From: Coriobacteriia bacterium
GTDB lineage: Bacteria > Actinomycetota > Coriobacteriia > Coriobacteriales > UBA8131
Assembly (NCBI GenBank): GCA_009783085.1
Contig: WRHU01000004.1
Span: 76,380-140,379, forward strand
Direction: 5' to 3'
DNA: 64,000 nucleotides
The position numbers and the translations under genes were made by a program. Shown here one piece after another: positions 20,876-29,102 of the stretch (within the stretch, counting starts at the first letter, position 1; each line of letters starts with the position of its first letter). Under the pieces are notes generated by a model. It was given only the letters and a program-made list of their open reading frames with translations, made no database searches and was not told the origin of the DNA.

Positions 20876-20909
20876 TATACCCGCGTCGTGCTTCGCACGA
20901 CGCGGGTAT
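20876..20909. terminator. Strong hairpin between the convergent galE and PBP genes (likely bidirectional terminator)
   Basis: ATACCCGCGTCGTGC-TTC-GCACGACGCGGGTAT, a 15-bp perfect stem. Confidence 0.8.
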
Positions 20910-20921
20910 CAAAGCCTATCT

Positions 20922-23111
20922 TTACGGCCCGCCGCCAACAGAACCACCACCATCACCGCCGGGGTCACCGCCGCCACCATTCGCCTCACCGCCGCCATCA
21001 CCCGGAGGGGTTACGGGCGGATTGGGTGTGGTCGGTTTTTCTTTTGGTTTGTCAGGTTTTGTTGCATTGTTGTTCTGATTATTTTCCGCAGCTTCAGCCG
21101 CTTCGCGATCTCGGCGTTCCTGCTCTTCTTTTGCTTTCCTTTCCTTCTCTTTCTTTTCCGCATCTTTCTTCTTCTTGTCCTCGATAGCTTGCAGTTCCTC
21201 TTTTGAATACAAGCTTATCTTGCTATTGTAAGGAGGATTTTTGCTCTCAGGAAACTCTGCCTTAGAATAGGATTTCAGGGCAAACAACATAAACTCTTTC
21301 CACACGGGACAGCAGTTCGCACCACCAACATTATCGGCAATGTAGCGCTGCTGGCGTGCGCCAATCCATACTGCTGTTGAAAGCTGTGGCGTGTAGCCAA
21401 CAAACCATGAGTCGTTCCAGTCATCAGAAGTTCCTGTTTTTCCTGCCGCTTCTTGATTAGGCAAATATGCCAAGGCACCCGTTCCTGCCCCCGTCAAAAC
21501 ACCTTTAAGTACGTTGGTGGCAGCGTAGGCAACCTCAGGAGAAATGGCTCGATCCTTTGAGGGAGTAGCCTCAAAAATGACGTTGCCGCTTTTATCGTAG
21601 ATTGTCTTGATGGCAGTCGCCTTGTTGTGAACGCCACCGGTAGACAGGGTGCCAAACGCTGAAGCCATCTCAAGCGTATTAACCCCTTGCGAACCAAGCA
21701 CTATCGAATTGACGGGCTGCAGCTCATTTTGGATACCCATACGCTGGGCAACATCAACAACTGCTTCAGGTCCAATTTTGCGTACTACGCGAGCGTATGC
21801 CGTGTTGGACGAAACATGCGTAGCACTCGCCAGCGTCAAAGTTCCATAGCTTGCGCCACCGTAATTTGCAACCTTCCAGTCATCAATTTTAAGGGGTGAC
21901 GAACCCAAAACGGACGTTGAAGGAGAAATGCCTTCCTCAAGACAAGCAACGAGGGCAAATGCCTTAAAGGTCGAGCCCGCTTGACGACGCATATCGGTGC
22001 TGGTAGACCACTCGTCTTTGCGATAATCCTTACCGCCACGCATTGCCAAAATATAACCCGTTGATGGCTCGACGCACGTCAAAGAAACCTCAACATCTTT
22101 GTCAAGCGTTTTCTCCTTGCGCTTACAAGCTTTCTCCGCAGCTTTTTGCATATCCATGTCAATGGTAGTAATAACCTTCAGGCCGTTGTTAAAAACCGCC
22201 GTGCTGCCATAATCCTCCTGCAAAATGCCGCGTACATACGAGGCAAAGTAGTGAGCCTCAAAAATACCGTCGTTGTTGCGCTCGTTCAAATTAAGATTGA
22301 GATCGGTGGCAATTGCGCGATCGTATTCTTCTTTGGTAATGTACTTATTAACGTGCATTCTATCCAAGACCTGCGCGCGTCGATGCAGCGCGTTTTCAGG
22401 ATAATACACAGGGTTGTTGTACGTTGGTTGCTGAGGAATACCCGCGAGCAGGGCGGCTTCTTCTAAGGTAAGCTCGCTCGCATTTTTAGAAAAGTAGTGT
22501 TGGGCAGCCGATTGGATGCCATAGGCTCCATCACCGTAGTTGATGGTGTTGAGGTACATCATCAAAACAGCATCTTTGCCATAGGTTTTTTCTACCTCCA
22601 TGGCCAGTGCTGCCTCGCGTACCTTACGCTCTAGGGTTCGTTCGGTCGCTACCGAGCTAAGCAAGGTTTGGCGTACAAATTGCTGCGTAATGGTTGAAGC
22701 ACCTTGCGAATCGCCCAAAAGATCCATTACCGCAGCACGTGCAATACCCATGATGTCGATACCGTTATGTTCCCAGTAGCGCTCATCTTCAACAGCGATG
22801 CTCGCATCAAACACATGCTGAGAAACCTCAGCAGCTGTTACGGGCTCTCGGTCTTCAGCATAAAAGGTCGCCAACAGCGTTGTTTCATCGCTGGCGTACA
22901 CATAGGTTTTTTGCGGAACCGAAAACGCCTCGACGTCGCTAACGTCGGGCAAATCTTTGAGCCACGAGCCCACAATTGCAAAGCCACTTGCCGTTACAAC
23001 GCCAAAAATGAGAATAAAAGAAAGGGCGAAAGCAAACAAAGCAAATGGTATGATATGTTTCTTGGGCACTGCTTTTGCGCGTTTGGTACGTGATACCATG
23101 TCAACCTCCAA
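20922..23111 (-). CDS. Class A penicillin-binding protein (transglycosylase/transpeptidase, PBP1A-like)
   Basis: GT51 motifs EDERY and GASTITQQ; transpeptidase motifs STFK, SSN and KTGT; N-terminal TM; Gly/Pro-rich tail. Confidence 0.95.
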   Translation of the reverse strand: MEVDMVSRTKRAKAVPKKHIIPFALFAFALSFILIFGVVTASGFAIVGSWLKDLPDVSDVEAFSVPQKTYVYASDETTLLATFYAEDREPVTAAEVSQHVFDASIAVEDERYWEHNGIDIMGIARAAVMDLLGDSQGASTITQQFVRQTLLSSVATERTLERKVREAALAMEVEKTYGKDAVLMMYLNTINYGDGAYGIQSAAQHYFSKNASELTLEEAALLAGIPQQPTYNNPVYYPENALHRRAQVLDRMHVNKYITKEEYDRAIATDLNLNLNERNNDGIFEAHYFASYVRGILQEDYGSTAVFNNGLKVITTIDMDMQKAAEKACKRKEKTLDKDVEVSLTCVEPSTGYILAMRGGKDYRKDEWSTSTDMRRQAGSTFKAFALVACLEEGISPSTSVLGSSPLKIDDWKVANYGGASYGTLTLASATHVSSNTAYARVVRKIGPEAVVDVAQRMGIQNELQPVNSIVLGSQGVNTLEMASAFGTLSTGGVHNKATAIKTIYDKSGNVIFEATPSKDRAISPEVAYAATNVLKGVLTGAGTGALAYLPNQEAAGKTGTSDDWNDSWFVGYTPQLSTAVWIGARQQRYIADNVGGANCCPVWKEFMLFALKSYSKAEFPESKNPPYNSKISLYSKEELQAIEDKKKKDAEKKEKERKAKEEQERRDREAAEAAENNQNNNATKPDKPKEKPTTPNPPVTPPGDGGGEANGGGGDPGGDGGGSVGGGP

Positions 23112-23219
23112 AATTGTTCTTATCCTATTATACCACGTGAAAGATTTGTTGATGTTTTTGTAGGGTTACAGTGTAAACGTGCTGTAATATGTAAAAAAGG
23201 TTGTGGAAAGGGCTAAAAA

Positions 23220-25808
23220 ATGAGCGAAAAAACTATAATTCCTGAACTGCTTGCCCCTGCGGGCAATCGTGATGCTTTTTTTGCTGCCCTCGCAGCTGGT
23301 GCAGATGCCGTCTATTTTGGTGTTTCTGATTTCAATGCACGACGAGGGGCAGATAACTTTTTGCTCGATGACCTGCGGGAACTTTGCGACATTGCACATT
23401 TGGCTGGACGTCGTGTTTACCTTACGCTTAACACCGTAATTAAAGAGAGTGAGTTTGATAAAGCACTTGAGCTCGGTCGTCAGGCGTGGGCTCGAGGGGT
23501 AGACGCAGTTATCGTACAAGATCTTGGTTTGTTGCGCGCGCTCGCTCGTGCGGTACCCGACCTCAAGCTTCATGCTTCAACCCAGCTCAATGCCCACAGC
23601 TCGGCTGATATAAAAGCTTTGGCAAAACTTGGGGCAGCACGCGTTACGCTTGCCCGAGAACTCAGCTTATCAGAGATACAAACCCTCTCTGTTCGAGCGG
23701 CTGATTTAGGAGTCGAAACTGAGGTTTTTGCCCACGGAGCACTCTGCTTTTGCTATTCGGGGCAATGTTATATGTCGTCGATTATTGGGCAGCGCTCTGC
23801 CAATCGAGGGCTTTGTGCACAACCGTGCCGTCTGCCGTACAAGCTCATAGATACTTCAACCGGACGAGCGGTTGCAACGCCCGGCGATCATCTCCTCTCG
23901 GCAGGTGATTTGTGTTCGCTGCCTTTGTTGGGCGAGCTTGCGGCAAGTGGTGCATCATCGCTCAAAATTGAAGGACGCATGAAGTCTGCGACCTACGTTT
24001 CAACAGCAACGCAAGCGTATCGGGCGGCCTTGGATGGTGTGGAACCTTTGGACAGAGCGGGCTCCTTGGATAGTGGGGGCGAATTGGACGACGTGAGCGA
24101 CATGGATGCTGCAGACGGCTTGAGCGTGGGAAGTGATTCGGGTACTGCAAGCAACTTGGATACTGCAAGCGATGAACTCGCCGAAGTCTTTTCTCGGAGC
24201 TTTACTACCGCATATCTTGAGGAAAACCGCTCAAATACTATGATGAGTTATCAGCGACCCAACAATCGGGGCACTTTGGTAGGACGCATAACCGAGCTCA
24301 AGGGTGCGATAATTGGCATTGAGCTTACCCGAGACGTTGAGCGCGGCGACAAGCTTGAAGTCTGGACTACTAAGGGTAATAAAGTTGTAACTCTTGAGGA
24401 TTTTTACGATGGCGCGGGAGCGAAAGGTGCGCCTCTTACCTCTGCACCAGCAAAAAGCACCATCTATCTTGAAATAAGGGCAGGAGTCTCAAAGGGCGAT
24501 CGTGTGTTTCGCGTCTACAACAACGCACTCGAACAAAAAACGCAACAAAGCCTTGAGAAATCTCTGTTTGCAGGTCAAGGTGGGCTTGTTCCGGTTGCTT
24601 TTGAGGTCAAGCTGCGCCTTGGTAAGCCGCTGGAAGTACGGGTGAGCCTACCTAACGGCGATGCTACGGCGGTTGCGACTGGTCCGCTCGTTGAAGCAGC
24701 GCGCACCAAGGAGCTTACGGTCGACGACGTTATTGAGCATGTCTGTCGTATTGGAGGAACACCGTTTAGCGTTGACGATTGTATCGTTGAGCTTGACGAG
24801 GGTGTTGGGCTCGGCTTTGCCGCACTTCACGCTTGCCGCGCAGAAGCTCTTGAAAAGCTCAGCGAGATCATCTGTGCGCCGTGGCATGAGCGTCGTCTTG
24901 CGCCACAGGCTGCCTATGCTGCTCCAGCCCCTGCCCGACGAGGCAAGGTTCAGCTTGCCGTACTCGTGCGCAATGCTGAGGGCGCACGAGCTGCCGCAAA
25001 GGCAGGAGCAAAGGTTATTTACGGTCATGTTGTGAGCCTTGATTTAGAGGGGGCAGCATTGGACTTTGCGGCAGCGAGTAAAAAAGCTGCACCTAAAGTA
25101 ATTCCACAGCCCTGGCTTCCTTCCATAATCCATGACAAAAACCAGGAGAGCTTTGCTCACTTCTTTGCTGGAGATCCGAAGGACAATGCCATTGTTGGCG
25201 AGGACCAAGCTCTGGTAGCCAATACCTTGGGCGCTCTTTGTGAAGCTGGTGAAGCAGGCGTGAAGGCAGAATCTGGTCCCTCTCTCCCCGCCCTTAATAG
25301 TGAGGCCCTTGCCCTGCTTGCTCAGTGTGGGGCGCAGATGGCTTGGCTCAGCCCCGAGCTATCCTATGAAGATCTTGAGCAGCTTGCCCCACAAGCTCCT
25401 TTGCCCCTCGGCATCACGATAGGCGGTTTTCAAGAGCTCATGGTGAGCGAACACTGTGTACTCATGGCGCAAGGCGACTGTACGGAGGACTGCGCACGCT
25501 GCACCCGGAGAAAAACGCCTCGTCTGCTGGAGGATAGAAAGGGCTATCGTTTTCCTGTGCGCACCGATGCAATGGGGAGAAGCCACATCTACAACGCTAT
25601 CCCGCTTGATCTTTTTGGCGAGATACCAAGGCTTCTGAGCCTCGGCATTACAAACTTCCTTGTTGATGCAACGCTGCTTAGCACCTCAGAGATTGCCGAG
25701 GAGGTTCAGCGAGCGGTGCGTGCCGTTAATTTAGCGGTGCGCGATGCCGGCGTGCTTCCCAAGCGCGAGGGATATACCACCGGACACCTTTATAGGGGCG
25801 TAAAGTAA
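23220..25808 (+). CDS. U32 family protein, long RlhA-like form (rRNA hydroxylation)
   Basis: Motifs ELLAPAG, GADAVY, HGALCFCYSGQCYMS, NRGLCAQPCRLPY and KIEGRMK, plus a long C-terminal region. Confidence 0.85.
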   Translation: MSEKTIIPELLAPAGNRDAFFAALAAGADAVYFGVSDFNARRGADNFLLDDLRELCDIAHLAGRRVYLTLNTVIKESEFDKALELGRQAWARGVDAVIVQDLGLLRALARAVPDLKLHASTQLNAHSSADIKALAKLGAARVTLARELSLSEIQTLSVRAADLGVETEVFAHGALCFCYSGQCYMSSIIGQRSANRGLCAQPCRLPYKLIDTSTGRAVATPGDHLLSAGDLCSLPLLGELAASGASSLKIEGRMKSATYVSTATQAYRAALDGVEPLDRAGSLDSGGELDDVSDMDAADGLSVGSDSGTASNLDTASDELAEVFSRSFTTAYLEENRSNTMMSYQRPNNRGTLVGRITELKGAIIGIELTRDVERGDKLEVWTTKGNKVVTLEDFYDGAGAKGAPLTSAPAKSTIYLEIRAGVSKGDRVFRVYNNALEQKTQQSLEKSLFAGQGGLVPVAFEVKLRLGKPLEVRVSLPNGDATAVATGPLVEAARTKELTVDDVIEHVCRIGGTPFSVDDCIVELDEGVGLGFAALHACRAEALEKLSEIICAPWHERRLAPQAAYAAPAPARRGKVQLAVLVRNAEGARAAAKAGAKVIYGHVVSLDLEGAALDFAAASKKAAPKVIPQPWLPSIIHDKNQESFAHFFAGDPKDNAIVGEDQALVANTLGALCEAGEAGVKAESGPSLPALNSEALALLAQCGAQMAWLSPELSYEDLEQLAPQAPLPLGITIGGFQELMVSEHCVLMAQGDCTEDCARCTRRKTPRLLEDRKGYRFPVRTDAMGRSHIYNAIPLDLFGEIPRLLSLGITNFLVDATLLSTSEIAEEVQRAVRAVNLAVRDAGVLPKREGYTTGHLYRGVK

Positions 25809-26005
25809 AAGCAGGCTGCCTCTACCTTTTCCCTCTGGTTCGAGCCTCTGTGGCCTAGTTCTTTCTCCGCCTCTTATTATTTTGTACTATGCTGTCGCCC
25901 TCCATCTACCTATCCGTTTTCTGCTGCTGACAATTTACATATGCTAGCTTATTGTTGTATTTCTATAGAATTAAATATATGTTATACTACTCATTAGAAA
26001 GAATC

Positions 26006-26033
26006 TTGTTATTTCTAAACTATAGTTTATAAT
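26006..26033 (+). promoter_or_regulatory. Putative sigma70 promoter of hicAB with an overlapping palindromic operator
   Basis: TTGTTA-16 nt-TATAAT(26028-26033); the perfect palindrome TAAACTATAGTTTA at 26016-26029 overlaps the -10. Confidence 0.55.
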
Positions 26034-26052
26034 ATAAATGAAAGGTTCGACA

Positions 26053-26230
26053 ATGACTAAAAGAAAGGATCTTGTCAGGTTTCTTGAAAGTTGTGGCTTT
26101 GTGAACAAGGGAAGGGGCTAATCATGACAAGTTTACCCACCCAGACGGACGCTGGACAACAGTCCCAAGGCATCGAGAGCTTCTGGAAACAACCGTAAGG
26201 CTGATTAAGAAACAGGCTGGCTTGAAATAA
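26053..26230 (+). pseudogene. hicA: HicA-family mRNA interferase toxin with a +1 frameshift
   Basis: ATG 26053 reads MTKRKDLVRFLESCGFVNKG then hits TAA at 26119. Removing one A at 26112/26113 gives ...GANHDKFTHPDGRWTTVPRHRELLETTVRLIKKQAGLK* (58 aa, HicA G.H pattern). Confidence 0.85.
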
Positions 26231-26257
26231 CTGGTAGCAATTCTAAAGGGAGGCAAT

Positions 26258-26704
26258 ATGCACTATGTTTACGAGTTTGAAATATATGAAAGCGAGGGAA
26301 AGCTTGTGACGTTGCCCTTTGATATGGACGGGGGAACTCAAGGAGGCACCCTAAGGGAAGCAGCTTTTATGGCCACCGATTGGTTACGGTTGGACATTGA
26401 GCATAGGCTGATGTACGACCTTGAAATCCCAAAGGCAACGTTTGGAAACAAACCGCAGCAGAATGGACGCATCCTGCTTATTGCAATCGAAGCAAGTCTT
26501 GACACCATCAGTGCTGTTGCCGCCTATAAAGCAGCCGATATGCTTGGAGTGTCACGGGGGCGTGTGTCGCAGATGGTATCGGCAGGATTGCTTGATGGTT
26601 TTAGGAAAGGACGAGATGTCTTTGTAACCACCGACAGCATAGCGGCGCGTCTTGCTGAGAAACCAAGGGCGGGTCGTCCGAGCAAAAAGCTTGCACTGGT
26701 GTAA
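26258..26704 (+). CDS. hicB: HicB-family antitoxin with C-terminal helix-turn-helix
   Basis: N-terminal HicB pattern (FDMDGGTQGGTLREAAFMATDWL) and C-terminal AADMLGVSRGRVSQMV HTH; directly follows hicA; SD GGAGG. Confidence 0.85.
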   Translation: MHYVYEFEIYESEGKLVTLPFDMDGGTQGGTLREAAFMATDWLRLDIEHRLMYDLEIPKATFGNKPQQNGRILLIAIEASLDTISAVAAYKAADMLGVSRGRVSQMVSAGLLDGFRKGRDVFVTTDSIAARLAEKPRAGRPSKKLALV

Positions 26705-26711
26705 CACGCAT

Positions 26712-27006
26712 TCTGGCTTCGATTCCCTCACGGACGTCTTGAACAAAAAAAAAGAACCCCTATCGGGGCTCTTTTGCAAATAGCTGGTACGCCGTGAGGG
26801 AATCGACGCAATTTTGGAAACCTCAAAATTGCGTGTCCTTGTTCGCTTGGCTCACTTCGGACCCTCGGCTACAAACGTGCCACTGGCACGTTTGATGACG
26901 CCTCGCCCCATGTCTGGCTTCGATTCCCTCACGGACATCTTGAACAAAAAAAAGAGCCCCTTATCGGGGCTCTTTTGCAAATAGCTGGTACGCCGTGAGG
27001 GAATCG
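26712..27006. repeat. Two ~95-bp direct repeats (26712-26806, 26913-27006), each containing an inverted tRNA T-arm copy, a terminator and the tRNA-Lys 3' end
   Basis: Near-identical copies of TCTGGCTTCGATTCCCTCACGGAC...GAACAAAAAAAAAG.CCCC.TATCGGGGCTCTTTTGCAAATAGCTGGTACGCCGTGAGGGAATCGA. Confidence 0.92.
26945..26976 (-). terminator. Intrinsic terminator downstream of tRNA-Lys (a second copy lies at ~26745-26775)
   Basis: Minus strand AAAAGAGCCCCGATAAGGGGCTC followed by a T run. Confidence 0.85.
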
Positions 27007-27061
27007 AACCCGCGACCTTAGGATTAAAAGTCCTCTGCTCTACCAACTGAGCTAACGGCGC
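26986..27061 (-). tRNA. tRNA-Lys (anticodon UUU)
   Basis: GCGCCGTTAGCTCAGTTGGTAGAGCAGAGGACTTTTAATCCTAAGGTCGCGGGTTCGATTCCCTCACGGCGTACCA; 76 nt cloverleaf with encoded CCA. Confidence 0.97.
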
Positions 27062-27174
27062 ATAAAACCTACTTTCAGTACTCTCTGCGTGCTCCGTAAA
27101 CACAACTGGAGCCCAAAAGACAGCTTGCGTATTGTATCATGTCTGCGGCTGCGAGAAAAGCACAAAAGCATAAT

Positions 27175-27259
27175 TGGTAGGGGCGATGAGACTCGAACTC
27201 ATAAACCTTGCGGTGGTGGATTTTAAGTCCACTGCGTATGCCAATTCCGCCACGCCCCC
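27175..27259 (-). tRNA. tRNA-Leu (anticodon UAA)
   Basis: GGGGGCGTGGCGGAATTGGCATACGCAGTGGACTTAAAATCCACC...GAGTTCGAGTCTCATCGCCCCTACCA; long variable arm, 85 nt. Confidence 0.96.
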
Positions 27260-27325
27260 GACCACGCATAATAATACCTGAGTTTTGCTTGCACCTCAAC
27301 AGACTACAGGAGTTCGGAGATAAAA

Positions 27326-27353
27326 GCAGGGCTTGCTCTACGAGCAAGCCCTG
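27326..27353 (-). terminator. Intrinsic terminator after beta-helix paralogue 2
   Basis: Hairpin CAGGGCTTGCTC-TAC-GAGCAAGCCCTG with a T tail on the minus strand. Confidence 0.75.
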
Positions 27354-27407
27354 TCAAACTACCACAATTTTTGGCACCTCTCAGAACAGGAAATGCCACA
27401 AAAAGCG

Positions 27408-28904
27408 CTAGCTAACCTTTATGGTAATGGTTTTTGTTTTTACTCCCGAGGAGTTCTTGGCCTGAATGGTAATCTTGTGATTTCCCTTTTTGAGGCCTTT
27501 TGGAATGGTCAGCTTACCCTTGCTGTTAATCGTAACTTTTTTGCTTCCCGTGTTTTTTGTAATAGAAAACTTAGGTGCTGGATAACCTTTGCCCACATAT
27601 ACCTTAGAGGTTTTTGCGTAACCCTTCCTTAGCTTAATGGTGCTTGCGCCCTTAATACTTGGCTTACCTTTTGCCGTAGTTTTTGCGCCAAGGTAAGGAC
27701 CAGCAATATCAAAGTTGTTGTAACCCTGCTTGAGGTTGTAGCTCCACTTTTTGGACTTAATATTTTTTTTGTAAATCTTATTATATTTTGCAAGGCGCTT
27801 GTAGGCACCCTTTGCGCGATTGTCAGAGAACTTGCCTTTCTTGGCTACCTTCAGCTTGGCATAGTCTTCTGTAGCTACACCGCCACCAAATTTCTTTGCC
27901 ACATTATCGGTAACAGCACCTTTTGTTATGTTCATGTTGCCAGATTTCACAACATATGCGCCGCCGCCATCTTGACTGGCAGTGTTTTCGATTATTTTAC
28001 CACCAGACATTTTGAAGGTCGAAAAAGTGACGAGACCAGCTCCGCACTTTGTAGCCTTATTTTTTGAGATAGTGCCGCCCGTCATAGTAAACGTGCCCTT
28101 GCTCACATACACGCCGCCGCCATGAACGCTTGACTTGTTCTCCGTTATCTTACCGCCAGACATTTTGAAGGTGCCGCCTGCAACTACTACACCACCGCCG
28201 CCGTAAGCAGACATGCACTTTGTTATTGTGCCACCCGTCATAGCAATGTTGCCAAAGCTAAAGACGCCAGTATCTTTGCAGCCAGAAATTGTACCGCTTT
28301 TCAAAGTGAGGGTTCCGCCAGATTCCACACCAACACCAGCACCTTTGCTGCTGGTGTTGATAACAGTGATGCCTGAAAGGGTGAGCTTTGCTCCAGTATC
28401 AACCCAAATAACGGTACCCAAATAATCGTTTCCAACGCTGACATCAGAGCCTTTGAGCTTAAACGCACCGGTCAACGTGATATCTTGACCCTTTGAAATA
28501 GGAAGATAATAAGCTCCCAAATCGATATCAGCAGTTAACTGAATGGTCGTTGGCGTGTTTTGCGGAGCGTTGATAACCGCCGTTGCAAGATCCGTGACCG
28601 TGCCAACAGTAGCCAGGGGTTTTACAACCGACGTGCCAGACAGGGCTTCGATTGCACCAGACGTGCCAAGCGACGTGAGAGGATTTTTCTTCGAAGCATC
28701 CGTCTTAGCTTCTGATGCTCGTATCTCTCCAACAAAAACAGCATCATCTCCTGATGCATCATCTGCAAATGCCGTTGCAGGAGCTACCGCAAAGCCCGTA
28801 CATGCGAGCGCGAGCGTCAAAAAGAATGCAATAAATTTTTTACGAAATGTTACTGCTGGAGTCTTGCTTGCTGCCTTGCTAGAGTTTTGTAAGTTTTTTG
28901 TCAT
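27408..28904 (-). CDS. Secreted Gly-rich beta-helix surface protein, paralogue 2
   Basis: SD GAAAGG, MTKN... signal peptide ending ATAFA-DD, GGGV/F.M.GG.I..N repeats and a Lys-rich C-terminal domain like those of paralogues 1 and 3. Confidence 0.8.
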   Translation of the reverse strand: MTKNLQNSSKAASKTPAVTFRKKFIAFFLTLALACTGFAVAPATAFADDASGDDAVFVGEIRASEAKTDASKKNPLTSLGTSGAIEALSGTSVVKPLATVGTVTDLATAVINAPQNTPTTIQLTADIDLGAYYLPISKGQDITLTGAFKLKGSDVSVGNDYLGTVIWVDTGAKLTLSGITVINTSSKGAGVGVESGGTLTLKSGTISGCKDTGVFSFGNIAMTGGTITKCMSAYGGGGVVVAGGTFKMSGGKITENKSSVHGGGVYVSKGTFTMTGGTISKNKATKCGAGLVTFSTFKMSGGKIIENTASQDGGGAYVVKSGNMNITKGAVTDNVAKKFGGGVATEDYAKLKVAKKGKFSDNRAKGAYKRLAKYNKIYKKNIKSKKWSYNLKQGYNNFDIAGPYLGAKTTAKGKPSIKGASTIKLRKGYAKTSKVYVGKGYPAPKFSITKNTGSKKVTINSKGKLTIPKGLKKGNHKITIQAKNSSGVKTKTITIKVS

Positions 28905-29062
28905 GGTCAGTCCTTTCACTCAAATCCTCTTGCTCTAAATATATTCTCCACGGTCACGTATGCAGTTAGCACTTCTCTCTACGGAGCAAATGTACTCCCG
29001 TTTGGTTACTTTGTCAACGAAGGCATAAACTTTTTCCAAACGAACACCGAATAACCGAACAA

Positions 29063-29091
29063 CAAAAGACCCCGTTTCCGAGGTCTTTTGT
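29063..29091 (-). terminator. Intrinsic terminator after paralogue 3, nearly identical to that of paralogue 1
   Basis: ACAAAAGACC-CCGTTTCCG-AGGTCTTTTGT. Confidence 0.8.
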
Positions 29092-29102
29092 AAATACTTC
29101 AG

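Noticed and set aside
26712-27006. Repeats read as a CRISPR array
   Set aside because: There are only two ~95-bp copies, derived from the tRNA and terminator, with no repeat-spacer periodicity and no cas genes.
25808-27061. Prophage or complete integrative element at tRNA-Lys
   Set aside because: There is no integrase, replication or structural gene. Only a small TA islet and the repeat element are present.
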